Below, in pieces: positions 12,566-25,000 of a stretch of 64,000 nucleotides of DNA. Within the stretch, counting starts at the first letter, position 1. Each line of letters begins with the position of its first letter. This stretch comes from Lama glama (Eukaryota), in assembly GCA_028534125.1 (NCBI GenBank), contig CM052819.1, positions 53,816,001 through 53,880,000 on the forward strand, read 5' to 3'. Under the pieces are notes generated by a model. It made no database searches, had not been told where the DNA came from, and saw only the letters and a list, made by a program, of their open reading frames with translations. The translations under genes and the position numbers were made by a program.

Positions 12566-13018
12566 AGAGAAAATGGAATTAAAAAAAAAAAGCATTCTGT
12601 TCACACTTCTCTGGGTCAGTTAATAACATCGGTCTGTATTTGCTGTTTGGGCACATGACTTTTTTATTTTAAGAAAATGTTCCAGTATTTGCCTCTTTTC
12701 AGCCATCTCCCTCCCTTTCTTTTTTCTTTTGATTTTAGTTTCCCCGTGTTTGTCACTTAAGTAATGTGGTAACTCTGCCAGCTTTGTACGGCAGAGAGAA
12801 GCATTTTTAATAAAAAGTTACCACAAAGTACCTGGTTGGTAGGAGTGCGGAGGGAGGGGAAGGGAGGAGGGAGGGAAACGGGAGGAAGAGGAAAAAAAAA
12901 CACACGCACTGATTTTTGTGGTCAGTTTTAGCTTAACACCATCTCTCCTCTGTGAATTTGGTAGATGAGCAAAATGTAGTGAAATCCTGAACACTGAACA
13001 GATTCTGCCTTGTTACCA

Positions 13019-13200
13019 CAGCAGTTCTCTAACTAGCATGCAGAATCCTCTGGAGAAATTATTAAAACACAGATGGCTGGGCCTCGGCCACCAGCGTTTG
13101 TGACTCAGGGGGTCTGGGGCTGGGCCAGAGAACGCCCATTTCTAGCACGCTCCCAGGAGGCACTAGTGTCACAGGTCTAGGACCACACTGCGAGCACTGG
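13019..13200. mobile_element. MER5A-like hAT-Charlie non-autonomous DNA transposon
   Basis: cagcagttctc...ttaaaacacagatggctgggcc...gactcagggggtctgggg...catttctagcacgctcccagg...ggaccacactgcgagcactg. Confidence 0.8.
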
Positions 13201-13244
13201 TTTAGCACAGCCACAGAATTCACAGTCCAACTGTGGGCAAGAAC

Positions 13245-13420
13245 ATGGAATCAGAATAAGAAACCCAGGCTCTAGTCCTGACCGTCCATTAATTCACTGT
13301 GCGACGAGGAAGGCTCATTCCCTGTCACGCCCACCGTGCTTACCTGGAAAAAGAAACAATGTCTCTCTACCAGTGAGATCGGATGAGGGTCAAAAGAAGA
13401 AATGGGTAAAATAAAACTCT
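13245..13420 (+). mobile_element. MIR SINE fragment
   Basis: aagaacatggaatcagaataagaaacccaggctctagtcctg...ctgtgcgac. Confidence 0.55.
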
Positions 13421-13440
13421 GAAAAATTAGAATATAACCT

Positions 13441-13600
13441 GGGGGGAGGGTATATCTCAGTGGTAGAGCACGTGCCCAGCATGTATGAGGTCCTGGGTTC
13501 AATCCCCAGGACCTCCGTTAAAACTAAATTAAATAAAATAAAATTTAAAAACAAACAAACCTAATTACCTCTCTCCCTGCAACTTCCAAAAAAAAAAAAT
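13441..13600 (+). mobile_element. tRNA-derived SINE (camelid Vic-1-like)
   Basis: Pol III A box (tatctcagtgg), B box (ggttcaatcc), AT-rich linker, cctaattacctc motif, poly(A). Confidence 0.85.
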
Positions 13601-13654
13601 ATTCTGGAAGAACAAAGTATCATCAACAGCAGTTCTAACAGCCCAACAGATCAT

Positions 13655-14071
13655 CTGAGTTAACAACTTGACTGCATCAGAGGATGCCCAGATCTGGGGG
13701 TGTGTCTGCTGAGACTGGCATCGGAACTGGCCAACTCAGGGAGTGAGACTGCTCTTCCCAAGGCAGGTGGGCATCACCTAATCTGTTGAGGGCCTGAAGA
13801 GAACAAAAAGGTGGAGGAAGGAAGAACGTGCCCCTTTCTTCCTGCCTCACTGCTTGAGCTGAGGCCTCTCATCTCACCTTCTCCCCATCTTCAGATGGGA
13901 CGTTGCATCACTGACCCTCCCTTGTTCTCCGGCTAAATTACTGCACCAGCTTTCCTGGTCTCCAGATTGCAGAGAGCGGGAACTCTAGGCCTCCAGGATT
14001 GCATGACCAACTCCTCCTGATAAATCTTCTTTTATATCCTGTTAGTTCTGTTCCTTTAGAGAGCTAATACG
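13655..14071 (+). mobile_element. ERVL LTR, MLT2-like
   Basis: caacttgactg...ggatgcccagat...gagggcctgaagagaacaaaaaggtggaggaagg...tcctgttagttctgttcctttagagagctaatac. Confidence 0.8.
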
Positions 14072-14639
14072 CAGTCATTACGTAAAAGACTTCCTGAAGA
14101 CTGCTAACTGACAGTCCTAGGTGACGTAGTCTGGATTCTGCCTCTGGCTTCCCCCGGACACACACTTGACCTTTCTGGGTCCTGGTTTTCCATCCAGCAA
14201 AAGGTTTAGCGGTAAGATGATCTCTAAGGTCTTTCAGATGTAAAAATGTTATGGTCCTACAGTCAGAACCTGAGCAGGGACTGGGGCTCAGGCAGGTGGG
14301 CGTGTCTCAGTGCAGGGAACACCATCTCCCCGCCGAGAGCTGAGGGCAAGCCACTTCCTCCCGTCAGTGTGGACCGCCCCGCACTAACCTGGGGGCCACG
14401 CGCTCTGCCCACACTTCAGTACAGACCAGTCCCAGGACCCAGGTGTGCCAGCCCTCAGCGTGAGCTCTCGAACATTCCAAAAACCAAGCTCCGTACGGGC
14501 TGTCGTTACTGAAAACAGTAAATTTATCATTATCAGCAGAACCCTGTGCCTTCCACTCTGTTGACAAATGCCTGAGATTCTGTCTTAAAAGCGCATTGCC
14601 ACTGCATGCCATTGCCTCAGTGGCGCCTAGGCCCTCACG

Positions 14640-15190
14640 TCTCTCACAGGGACAATGCAACATCGCTTAACTGGACTCCCCTCCCCTCCATCATCACCCA
14701 GCATAAGCTGCCAAAAGGAGCCCCTCCAAGGGGTCTCTGACTCCATTACTCAGCTACTCAAAATCCTTTGATGGTGGCCACCATCCCCGGAGCCAAGGCC
14801 TCCACATTCCGAGGCCAACCTCCCTGTCAACCCATATCTTACTGCTCCCTTATGTTCCCTCAGTGGCTCTAGCCCCAAATGGATCCCCCAACTACACTGC
14901 TCCCTCAAATATGTCCTTGCTTTCCAGCTCCCAAGCCTTCGTTCATTCCCTCCTTGTGGCCCGCCAACCTAGCCTGTTGAAATCCCATCAGTTCTACTCC
15001 TTCTAAAAGCTTTGGCCTCCTAACCCCCCACAATCAGACATTATTCCCTTCCTTTCTTTGCACAATCTTTTATTAACCTGGTATTTTATGAGATTTATAG
15101 GGTGGTTTGTATTACAGCGATCTGAATTGACTCCCATGTCTCACACAAGATCTTAAGTTTTTTGAGGACTCACCCGTGTCCCTCTGAGTC
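14640..15190 (+). mobile_element. L2 LINE fragment
   Basis: C/T-rich L2 3' region with ctactcaaaatcctttgatgg and taagttttttgaggac motifs. Confidence 0.55.
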
Positions 15191-16204
15191 CTGAGGGTTA
15201 AGCTACTGAGATCTAGGAACAGTCCATCCTGATACAGAATGTGCCATCATAATAGGGACTAGCTTGTACAGGGCTGGCAAGTAGTAACATTATGTCAGCG
15301 TGATAAAAGCAACGTTAATTCACATGTAATTTTCCAAGAATGTTAATATTCTGTACAACCAAGGAATAGCCACCAAACAGAACGTGCTCAAACCCAGCAG
15401 AACGCAGCAGCCCTTGGAGAGAAGGATGCTCAAGTTCTTCTTGACTCTAATTGGCATGTGATCTGTCACGGAAATGCTTCTCATTGTTTTCTATGATTTT
15501 CATGGATTTTTTTTCTTTGTCTCCAAAATTGAACAGCTTTATCCCCCATCTTTTTTTTTTTCTAAAACCCTTTTCATCAAACCACCTTCAACCTTTTCTC
15601 AAAGGTAAACTCCTATATTAGAGTGATCTTTTTCTTTTTTTCTTTTCTTTCTTTTTTTTCGTTCAGGATTGCTATTGCTTTTGTTAATTTCCTGGACAAA
15701 GTCTTTGGAGGTTTGAAGTGATGTGCTCTTAACTCTATTTTTCCAAGCCCTGTTGTTTTCAAAATGCGGCTTTGCAGAATGCAAGGACTTCACGGAGCCT
15801 GTACATTGTACTGTTGTGTGAATGCCTAGACTATTACTCATCAGGGGCAGAAATTCATTCTGCTGGTGGGAAGACAGGAAAGCTTATGAAGTCCCTCAGT
15901 ACAACTCCCTTGAAGGTCAGTTGTTCAGGCCAGCTCTAGGCTGCCTGGAAATCAGAGTGATGGGGATGGAGCACTTCTGCTGGAATCTGGAGGTGTGGAT
16001 GGAAATGTTCTTGGGGATGACAGAGCTGACCTGAGTTGACACTAGAACACAAATAACTCAGAGTTTTCCTGGGAAGCCGAGCATGTCTAAAAACTGCTGG
16101 TGCCAGAGGTCCCTGGGCTTCTGAAGAGGGGAGAGGACACCTAAGGGGAAAAGGCACAGAAAGGGGGAAGGAAAAAAAAAAGATAAAAAGAGAGGTGTGA
16201 ATCA

Positions 16205-16400
16205 GTGTTTACAGCATGTCTGCTATGAACCAAGTATAGGCTGTTATCTCACCACTTACATGCAAAGTCTTTCCATTTAATTCTTTATCCTCAATTTACA
16301 AGAACAGAAAATCAGGCTTAAGTGGTTAAGGGATTTGCCCACAGTGACGAACCTTTTCACTGCGAGGGTGGCTTCCCAACTGAGCGTCAAGGGCCCAGCC
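16205..16400 (-). mobile_element. MIR SINE fragment
   Basis: tcctcaatttacaagaacagaaaatcaggcttaagtggttaagggatttgccca. Confidence 0.6.
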
Positions 16401-16419
16401 TCCCCGCAAGTCCTGCAGG

Positions 16420-16500
16420 GAGCAGAGGGTGGGGGTGGGCGACGTGTAAGGACAGACTGCGCCTGCGCCAAGTGGGCAGCCCCCGGCCTCCCGCCCCCAC
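16420..16500. promoter_or_regulatory. GC-rich motif cluster (KLF/Sp boxes, NRF1-like site)
   Basis: GGGTGGGGGTGGG, TGCGCCTGCGC at 16458-16468, CCCGCCCC at 16490-16497. Confidence 0.35.
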
Positions 16501-17939
16501 TTCAAGCACTTTTGTCTGTTTTACATATTGGGCTTCCTCTGATGCTTCTATTTGAATTAAGAGTCCTACGGTTTTAAAAGGGAGGGGGAAAAAAGGGTTG
16601 AAAATCACTGCCTCATATCAAGCTGGCTACTTCCCAATTCTGCCTGAGGCTGGCCTTCAGCAGAAAAATAAATCAGCTGCTTACAAAAGATCGACTCCGT
16701 ACAGAATGCTGTTGGGGGAAGGGGGCCCCCCAAACTCCTGCTAGAATCTTCCAAAGCTCTGAAAAGACTGCGCTTTATGCCAACTTTACCCGCTCATCTG
16801 ACTCTCTCTACCCCCTTTTCCTGACATTCCAAGGCAGGTCTGGAGCTGGCGGAAGGGCAGGAGCCTGGAGAACAGACCCTCCAGCCAGTGCCCTGGGGAG
16901 AAGCCAGGGATGGACTGAGCTCTGAACCCCAGCAGGACCCCGGGTCCAGCCGTGATGCTCCCTAGAGAGGCCATTCCTCACCACCCAGTGAGCTGGTGGG
17001 ACTAGATGGTCTTTAATGTTCTTTCTGACTCAAAGGAGTATGTGTGTTTCTGAGCCGAGGAAAAGGACGGGGAGATGTTTCAAGAGTGCGTCTGTAGCAA
17101 GCAAATGAGTGTAATGGGTGGAAAGCTAAGGGGAGCTAACGGTGTAAAGCACAAGCCCCACAGACACACGCAGAGGCGAACGCAGACGTCTTGGATGACT
17201 GGTTTCTCTAAGGCGCACAAGTCCCAAGGAACAGATGGGAGAAGCAAGCAGAGGCATGATGAGCGCTGATGGGACTTGAGCAGAAAGGAACAGAATACAT
17301 CTGCCTTTCAGTCCCCCAAGATAACAATGCCTAACAGCACAAAAGGCCATTTCAGATCTTTCCAAAGACCTGTGGCAGTCCCACGGTGAGGCTCTGTGTT
17401 TCGGGGAAAGGACGTGCGGGGGAAGTTTCTTTAAAGTGGATAGAAAGGAAATAACAGGGCGCTGGATTTACAGCCAGTCTCTGCGCAATGAATGATTTGT
17501 CTCCTTCTCCTTCTGGTATTGATTCTCGCCTCAGACAGAGGACAAATGACTGCTGATGAAAGCACGGGGTCCTCGGTGACTGCTCAGCCTGGGTTTGAAA
17601 GCGCCTCCAGCATCCTGCCCCTGGCGTCTCACGGCAAAGGCTCGCCCTCCTCCCCTGCGGGAGCAGCTCAGCTGGCCTCCTCTGCACCCATCTGGAGGTC
17701 CTACCCCTGGGGTACCGACATCACAGCTTCAACCACGTGTTTTCCATTTCCAGAATTTTTAACAAACTTAATATTTTTAAATAATAAATATTTAAAACAA
17801 ACGCACAGAAGAGTCTCTGACATTATGTACCCCTCAAATGACAGTGTACACATCACTTATGTGAAAATTCTCCTTGATGCAGTGGTCTTCCAGATACTGC
17901 TAATGCCATCATCCAACCATTCCCGCCTCTTAGTAACAC

Positions 17940-18110
17940 AGCCCATTTACTGAGCATCTATTTTGAGCCCAGGCTTTTTTATGTATTATCATTCCTCTTT
18001 ATGATGTCCCTGCGTGGTAGGAAGAAATGGAGACTCTGAGGTTAAATAAATGCCCACAGTTACATAGGCTGTGGATCTGATCTTTGAACCTACATGTCTG
18101 ACTCAAAAGA
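17940..18110 (-). mobile_element. MIR SINE fragment
   Basis: catttactgagcatctattttgagcccagg...gagactctgaggttaaataaatgcccacagttacatag. Confidence 0.65.
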
Positions 18111-18659
18111 CTGTTGATTTACAAACATCTCACACAGGTGAGTGGGGACAACTCAGCCACATCTGCTTTCCACCTTTTCTTATGTTTGTTCTTCCAGCGC
18201 CAGGGAGATGGCTAAGGAATTAAAGCTCTCGAACATTTGTAGGGGGTTCAGAAATGACAGAGGCTGGGAAATCTAGGGGCAGCCCAGAAGACCTAAACCT
18301 GGAGACAGATTTTCAGGACTGAATTTTCTGTCTTTTCCTCTCCTCTTGCCTGAAATTCTAGCAGTGAGGTTCATCTTCACAATTAAAAAAAAAAAGAAAG
18401 AAAATGGAAATTGCTTCTTGGAAGTTAAGGTGCTAATTACCATTTACCCCTCAGTATAAGTGTGTTCCATCCAAGTGTGACATTCTCACTGCAGTGGAGA
18501 CCACCTGTCCGGCTGGAAGGGGAGCTTTGATTCAGAGAGGACTGTGATTTTTGTGCTGGAAGGCCCTGAGGACAGAAGTCGGAGACGAGGAGACCTCCAG
18601 AGCCAGTGCTGAGGAAATAATGCACCAGGTTTGTTTGCTTGTTTACTTTTTCTCCTTAC

Positions 18660-18728
18660 CTGATGGACCCAGGACCCTGTGCATGCCAGACATGTATTCT
18701 TCCACTAAGCTACACCCTCCCGCCCCCC
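18660..18728 (-). mobile_element. Vic-1-like SINE, tRNA head only
   Basis: ggacccaggaccctgtgcatgccagacatgtattcttccactaagctacaccctccc is the reverse complement of the SINE head. Confidence 0.65.
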
Positions 18729-20559
18729 ATGTGTCAGTTTCAAAACTGCTCCACCCCTCCTGCACAGGCTCTTCCCCAACCCACGCTGAGAAGACAAGGA
18801 CTGGGACTCAGCTGATGCTGGAGTTAAAATGGCACCTGTGAACCCAGGCATCATTTGGGCTGTTTTTACATGGAAATATGTGATCTGATTCCAGACAAAC
18901 AAATAAATATCCATCATATTCCTAAAAGGCCACCAAAATGCATTATTCATAGCAAGTCATACGGAAGCTAATTCCACAAACACAAACAAGCTTAACAGAA
19001 TCAATTCAAAGGAAAATGGGGGGTGAATGTCCTTAAACTCTTCACTCCCACGGGAAGTTGTTTCTAAACGCGGTTGAAGAGGAGGGCCTGGGATGCCCTG
19101 GAGAGTGACTCACTGTTTCATTATTTGTCTCTCCTCAAAATAAGATTCAATAGAAAAGGAAATATTTGTTCATTTCAGACACCAATTTTGACAGGCATGG
19201 CGGGAGAATTCAGCGTAAAAACGGGATCGTGCCAACTACCACTCTCATGCCTTTATTCCCACCTAAAAGTTCGTCAACAGACATAAGAGCGAATGCAAGT
19301 AACTGGGCTTTGTGAACTACGAAGTCCAATATCAAATAAGTGTTATCAGGGTGGCTATGAGGGAGCATGAGGTCCAAAGGGATGAAGAGGACCAAAAAAT
19401 GTGAAAGAGCCTGGCCTATTCCTATTCAGCTGGTGATGCTCCCTGCAGCCGTGAGCAGGTCATTTTATCTTTCACAGCTTTGCTTCTGTGTGTGCAAATG
19501 AGAAGGAAGCATGCATCACTCACCTTCATCCACCTCAAAGGTGCCTGGGTCCTTAGAGCATCTAGCCTGACCACTTCATTTTATAGATGAGAACACTATT
19601 ACAGATGAGAATGTCAAAGTGGTGCTGACAGTAGTTAAAACTACAAAGCTAGTGCACGTCAGAGCCACGACCAGATCAAGGTCTTCTAATCCTTGGACCA
19701 GCACCCTGATGCTCTGGTGTAAGAGTCAAGTATGACCATACAGAGGCGGTGAGATGGGCTGTGTATGTATAAACCTCAGTCCTTTACAGGACAGCCTGAC
19801 CATCACACTAATGCTGATAATCAGCTGACATTCGATTTGCCTACTTTCTACTCGATAGATATGGTAGAATACGATTAATATGATATGACCGAAGTCATTT
19901 CAATCCATTTAGAAGCCATTACAGTATTTGTTCAAAGTTAAATTTGCATTTTTAAAACCTCTTATTTTCACACAATATTCCAAATTCCTGTTTTAGATAG
20001 CTTCAACCAAAGACACTTAAAACTTTCAAAAAGATCAAGATTACCTGCAAAGAAATTCTACTTAAAGCAGGTTTAATTTTAGTTAATGTCATACAAAAAT
20101 GAATCCAGTTTGCTTTAAAAGCATTGAGTAAATAAATGTCTAATAATCTCTAAAATGACTTGTAGCTGGAGGATTCCTAATTGCATGTACTCACGGCTCA
20201 ACAAAACGCATTTCTCCAAGATAAGTCTGCTCTTCTGACTGAGAGCTGGAGGGACAGGAAAAAGATTTCTCATGGCCGCCTTGGATCCACACACAAGATA
20301 CACATCGTATACAGAGAAGGCCCAGTACTTTTACTCATCTTATTCAAATCAGTTTCTGCTTTTGAATAAGATCAAAAGTAAAAAATTAGAAAAGGTAAAA
20401 ATCATGGACGTAATCATTGGCTCCTTTGTCAAACCCTAACAGAAATACTTTTACTGGAAGACTTTCTGGCAGATAGTTTAGGACAAAAATTCCTGGGAGG
20501 TGCAGAGAAAAAAGTCCATCCAAACACTCTTCTTCCTTCCAATCTTCACCTTGTTTCAA

Positions 20560-20805
20560 GGAGCAACTTAAAATATTACATCCTCTGAGCAGCTTTCCTT
20601 GATTATGCCTGGTTACGGCGTGAGCTCCCCCTAGCGTATCCCTGATGACTCTACTTAACTTACCTAGCTCCCAGTTCCAGGGTCGGCCCTTGAGGGTAGG
20701 GGTCTGGTGGGCAATCTGGCCCACTCCCTTCTTTATTTCTGGTTCCCAGCACAGTAACCGACGCAGAGTAAGCATCCAAGTGCTTACTGAATGAATGAAC
20801 AAGTG
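20560..20805 (+). mobile_element. L2 LINE 3' end
   Basis: gctttccttgatt...ccttgagggtaggg...cccagcacagtaacc...tgcttactgaatgaatgaa. Confidence 0.65.
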
Positions 20806-21236
20806 AATGGGAAGAACAGAGGCCTGGATGCATGTGTGTGGGGGGAATGCAGTTCATTTCAGACAAATTATCTTGCCAAGCAAATAAAAACATGGAGTAC
20901 AGAAGAGGCCTCAGAGATCATCTGGTCCAACCTCCTCATTTTCCAGAAGCCAAGGAATCTTGGCTGAGTGCCCCGTGAAATATAAAAGAATATTTCAGAA
21001 AACATATGAAAGAATATTAGGAAAAGCAAACACTCTCTCTAATAAATGAAGATACCAGCCCACACAATCTTCAAGCAGAACTTAAATAACTGAAGGGTTC
21101 ACAGCGCTAATTTTATTTGGCCTTTATTAGCGCCTTCAAAAGTGTCCACCTATTACCTAGCAGTGTCAAATCTCCATCAACCAGGCTCAATTACTTCTCA
21201 GTATGTAGATCAGGCAAGATTCTCCCTTCTCCCCCT

Positions 21237-21368
21237 NNNNNNNNNNNNNNNNNNNNNNNNNNNNNNNNNNNNNNNNNNNNNNNNNNNNNNNNNNNNNNNN
21301 NNNNNNNNNNNNNNNNNNNNNNNNNNNNNNNNNNNNNNNNNNNNNNNNNNNNNNNNNNNNNNNNNNNN
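21237..21368. other. Assembly gap (132 N)
   Basis: Run of n. Confidence 1.
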
Positions 21369-21954
21369 GGACAATTCTGAATCAACAAGATGTTGGCAGC
21401 TGTGTTCCTATGGTTCAGTAATTGCATTGTTTCCTCCTGCGCTCTACGGGTTGTGAAATGAATTTATTAAATAACCTACAGAGGGAATGTGGTGTGGGCT
21501 TGGGGAAACAGCTCTGAGCTGGTGTGGGGAGGCTGGTCTCTAGTCCCACTCAGACCACGAGCCTTGACTTCGGTTTTCTAGTCCTTGGGCTTCTGAGTAT
21601 TTAAGAGGATAATAATCCTGCCCTGGGCAGCAAAGAATCTCTGGCACCTAAACCACTCTACACACGGGGCTTGGTAGGTAGGATGCGCTAGAACCTGTAA
21701 CCGACCACTTCATACTGGAAGACAACGGTGAGGGAAGGAAAACTGAGTCCGCACACATGAAGCATATAATGGAAGGATTCAAACATACATGGTATAGAAA
21801 TCAGTTCTATTGTCTTTGATAAGCTGGCTAGTTGGTATTCTGCAATTGTCTTAGGTCATTAAAACTAGCTGGTGTTTTGTAAATCTGGACTTCAACTGGC
21901 TATGTGACAGAATGAGAAATATTTCCAAGTGAAGATAAAAAACTTACTGGTTTT

Positions 21955-21999
21955 TTATTTTATTATTATTATTATTATTATTTTATTATTATTATTATT
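21955..21999. repeat. (TAT)n microsatellite
   Basis: Interrupted tattattatt run. Confidence 0.9.
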
Positions 22000-23237
22000 G
22001 TAAAAGAGGAAAAGTAAGCTTAATAAAAAGTTTAATGAAAGTCAACCCTAAGCCTCGTTGCCCCTATTTCCATTGGCACCATACCAGACTATCTCAGAAG
22101 GCAAAAGGATTTGTGACTACAGAGAATGTCCCCAGAGAGCTGCCCTGCTGCGGGTGTGGGAGTGAAGTCTCCCTAAATAGCACAGGGTCTCCTGGGCTGC
22201 TGCGGTGTTTTTTTCGGGACAAAGACAGAGGAGACTGAGTGAGGATGAGATTAGGAAAAATACCTTCCTGTCAACTGGGAGTTCAGGGCTCACTGAGGAC
22301 CCTCATTTTGGTCTCAGTGTTGAAATAAGGCTCTCTCTCAAATTAAGAAGCAGAATTCCACTCCTTTCCAAACTCTTTAACCAATTATTTGAAAAATAGG
22401 ACTTGATTCAGATCCATAATCATTTACTAACTGTCTACACAGAGCCCAGTGGTCCTGGCCAGGTGGTATAATGGCTAACAGATTGTTAAGCATAAAATCA
22501 TATCTGTCAAGCCAAGCCCGGGGCTGACCACACTGAAGTCTATCCTAGCTGGGCTGGGTACTCTATTTCCAATCTCTTACCTAAACCTTGCAGAAACCAC
22601 GTGAGGTAGGAATGAAGATTACTGTTCTGCAGATGGAGAAGGGTTTACTCAAGGGCATGAAGTTGGGAAGTAAGAGATTTTGGAACTAAAACCAGGTCAG
22701 GCTCACTCCACATCTCCCCCACTTCCTGTGACAAGATGTTGGTGTGAATCTCTGGGAGACTCTGTTCTTTCTCAACTGACTGGGTGACAGTGTCCCACAA
22801 GGCACTCTTGTGAATACATTAGTGGTACTACACTGAGGCTCTTCCTTCCTTCCTCCCCAGCCGAGTCAATGGAATATGTACAGAGAAGTTCATTATTGGA
22901 GACTTATGGGCTTTGGTTCTGGCTGAATGCTAATTTCCTTTATTTCTAATTAAGAGTCCTCTGGCCAAATTGCAGGTCAACAGCCTGATGGGCGGCACTG
23001 TAGAGTGTGTTTTAAAAGCCACCTGTGGGGCTGCATTAGAGCTGAGGACCGGCGCTCCAGCCCTCCCTGGGATGTACCGTGGACCAAGACAGGAGGCCAA
23101 GGTCCCAGCTCACTCCTGCCCCAGGACTGGGGCCGAGAAACCTGGATTGCCAACTCACAACTGCAGGAGCAAGTCATCCTCTCCTCTGGGGCCCGTTTCC
23201 CCATCTGCTAAATGGTGGGTTTGGACTGGCTGATGTA

Positions 23238-23965
23238 TTTTTTTAAAGACATATCTATGGATGTATAACTTACATACAATAAAATTCACTCCTTTTAAAG
23301 GTACAGTTTGAGGAGGGGGTAGGGATATAGATTGCATAGTGGTAGAGTGATGTTCAGTGTGCATGAGATCCTGGGTTCAATTCCCAGTACCTCCATTAAA
23401 AAATTTTTTTTAATTCTAAAAAAAAGGTAACAGTTTGAGGAGTCTGACAAAGATGTACAGTTACATAACTCCAGCCACAATTAAGGCATAGAAGATTTCC
23501 ATCACCTCCAAAATGTCCTCCTGGCCTTTTGCAGTCAGTCAGTCAATCAACCTCTGATCTGATTTCTAACCCTTGAGTTTGACTGTTTTCTGAGTGGCAC
23601 GTGGGTGATAAAGCACATAGCCTTTCATGACTGGCTTCTTTCACCTAGCATATCGTTTATGTTGCTGAATTCATCACATCAATAGCTGGCTCCTTCTCAC
23701 TGCTGAGCAGTATCCCCTGTACTGATGTGACACACTTTGCTTATCCACTCACCAGTTGACATGCAGTTGGGTTGTTCCCAGTTTTGTGACAATATGAGTA
23801 AAACAGCTATAGGCCTTTGGTGGACACAGATTCCGTCCCTCTTAGGTAAACAGGAGTACACAGTGGTGCCATTCGTTGAGTCTATGGTGTGTGCATAACT
23901 TCCTAAAAGTGTCACACTGTTTTCGAAAAGTGGCTGCACCATTTTGCATTCCCACCAGCCATGTG
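23238..23965 (-). mobile_element. L1MB/MC-like 3' fragment, interrupted by a SINE
   Basis: tataacttacatacaataaaattcactccttttaaag...ctggcttctttcacctagcat...aaagtggctgcaccattttgcattcccaccagc. Confidence 0.85.
23316..23422 (+). mobile_element. Vic-1-like SINE nested in L1
   Basis: B box ggttcaattcc; TSD aaaggtacagtttgaggag (23297-23315) / aaaggtaacagtttgaggag (23423-23442). Confidence 0.85.
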
Positions 23966-24289
23966 TGGACCGCCTGATATTTAATGGGTAGCTTCAGAAA
24001 ATGACTGTGATTCCCATCAATGCCCCATGAATGGATAGACTCTTCTGGGGCGGAGGTCCTGTGGAATCCACCTCAGAGCCTTCACAGCACCAAACACTGA
24101 GGCAAAGCAAGCGCGTGGACTCAGTATTGGGAGCCCTTGCAGCTCTGACAGTGCCGCCATCCTCTTGTTCCTTCTCTGGACATCTTGTTCTGACAGTGGA
24201 CACTGAACACCAGCTTTAGGCTGCAATCAACCTGGGGCGGCCCACAAAACTACCACCTCCCAGCTGTGCAAGGTAAACGCTGTCTCCTC

Positions 24290-24410
24290 TCACAGGCCTG
24301 ATTCCCTTTTCTGTAACCTGGAGTTGATCATTACCTCCTGCGTGGGTTGTTGGAGGGTTCAATAACGTAACACAGGCGCTCAGCACATAGTAGGTGTTCA
24401 GTAAACACCA
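24290..24410 (+). mobile_element. MIR SINE fragment
   Basis: gggttgttggagggttcaataacgtaac...ctcagcacatagtaggtgttcagtaaa. Confidence 0.6.
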
Positions 24411-24956
24411 AGTTTTAGCTTCTACAGTTACAGACTGCCATGGCTGACAAAGAAGCGTTAGGTGATAAACTCTATCCGCTTCCAAAGGTCCCCAACAACC
24501 ACTAGAATGTGAAAACAGCACTGCCTGTGCTTCAGTGCAGAGACCTCACCATGTTTCCCTGCTAGATTCAAAAGCTTCAAGAGTTCCCTCGCTCCAAGTA
24601 CTATGTCGGTGTATTCATTCCTCCCTTTATTTATAATGTATACATATGCCTGTATCCGTGTGTATTACATACATACATACAGAGGCAGAGAGCGCTGAGG
24701 AAAAGAAACATAGGTCCTCTCCTGTTGAGCTTCGTCTAATATGTTCCTCTCAACTGATGTGCAGGAAGACACAGGACAGACGTTTTGCCATGGCCGAGAA
24801 AAAAGCCGAGTGCCGGGACCAGCGTTCCAGACGTCAGCCACGCAGCTACAGTGCGGCAGCATCATCAGGATTACCCCAGCTCTAATTTTCATTTTATTTT
24901 GGGAAATATATTGTAGATCTCGAGTTTTCCTGAGTGCTAATATGTGTGTGCAGGAG

Positions 24957-24958
<2 letters not shown>

Positions 24959-24998
<40 letters not shown>
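24959..24998. repeat. (GT)20 microsatellite
   Basis: Perfect dinucleotide run. Confidence 0.97.

Positions 24999-25000
<2 letters not shown>

Noticed and set aside
13441-13515. tRNA-like sequence (also at 18.7, 23.3, 27.8, 37.8 and 54.7 kb)
   Set aside because: SINE heads with AT-rich tails and TSDs, not tRNA genes.
15625-15670. Strong-looking plus-strand acceptor (also one near 63768)
   Set aside because: Follows a low-complexity T-rich tract, and I found no matching donor or recognisable frame.
21117-21456. ORFs containing X runs
   Set aside because: Artefacts of translating through an N gap.
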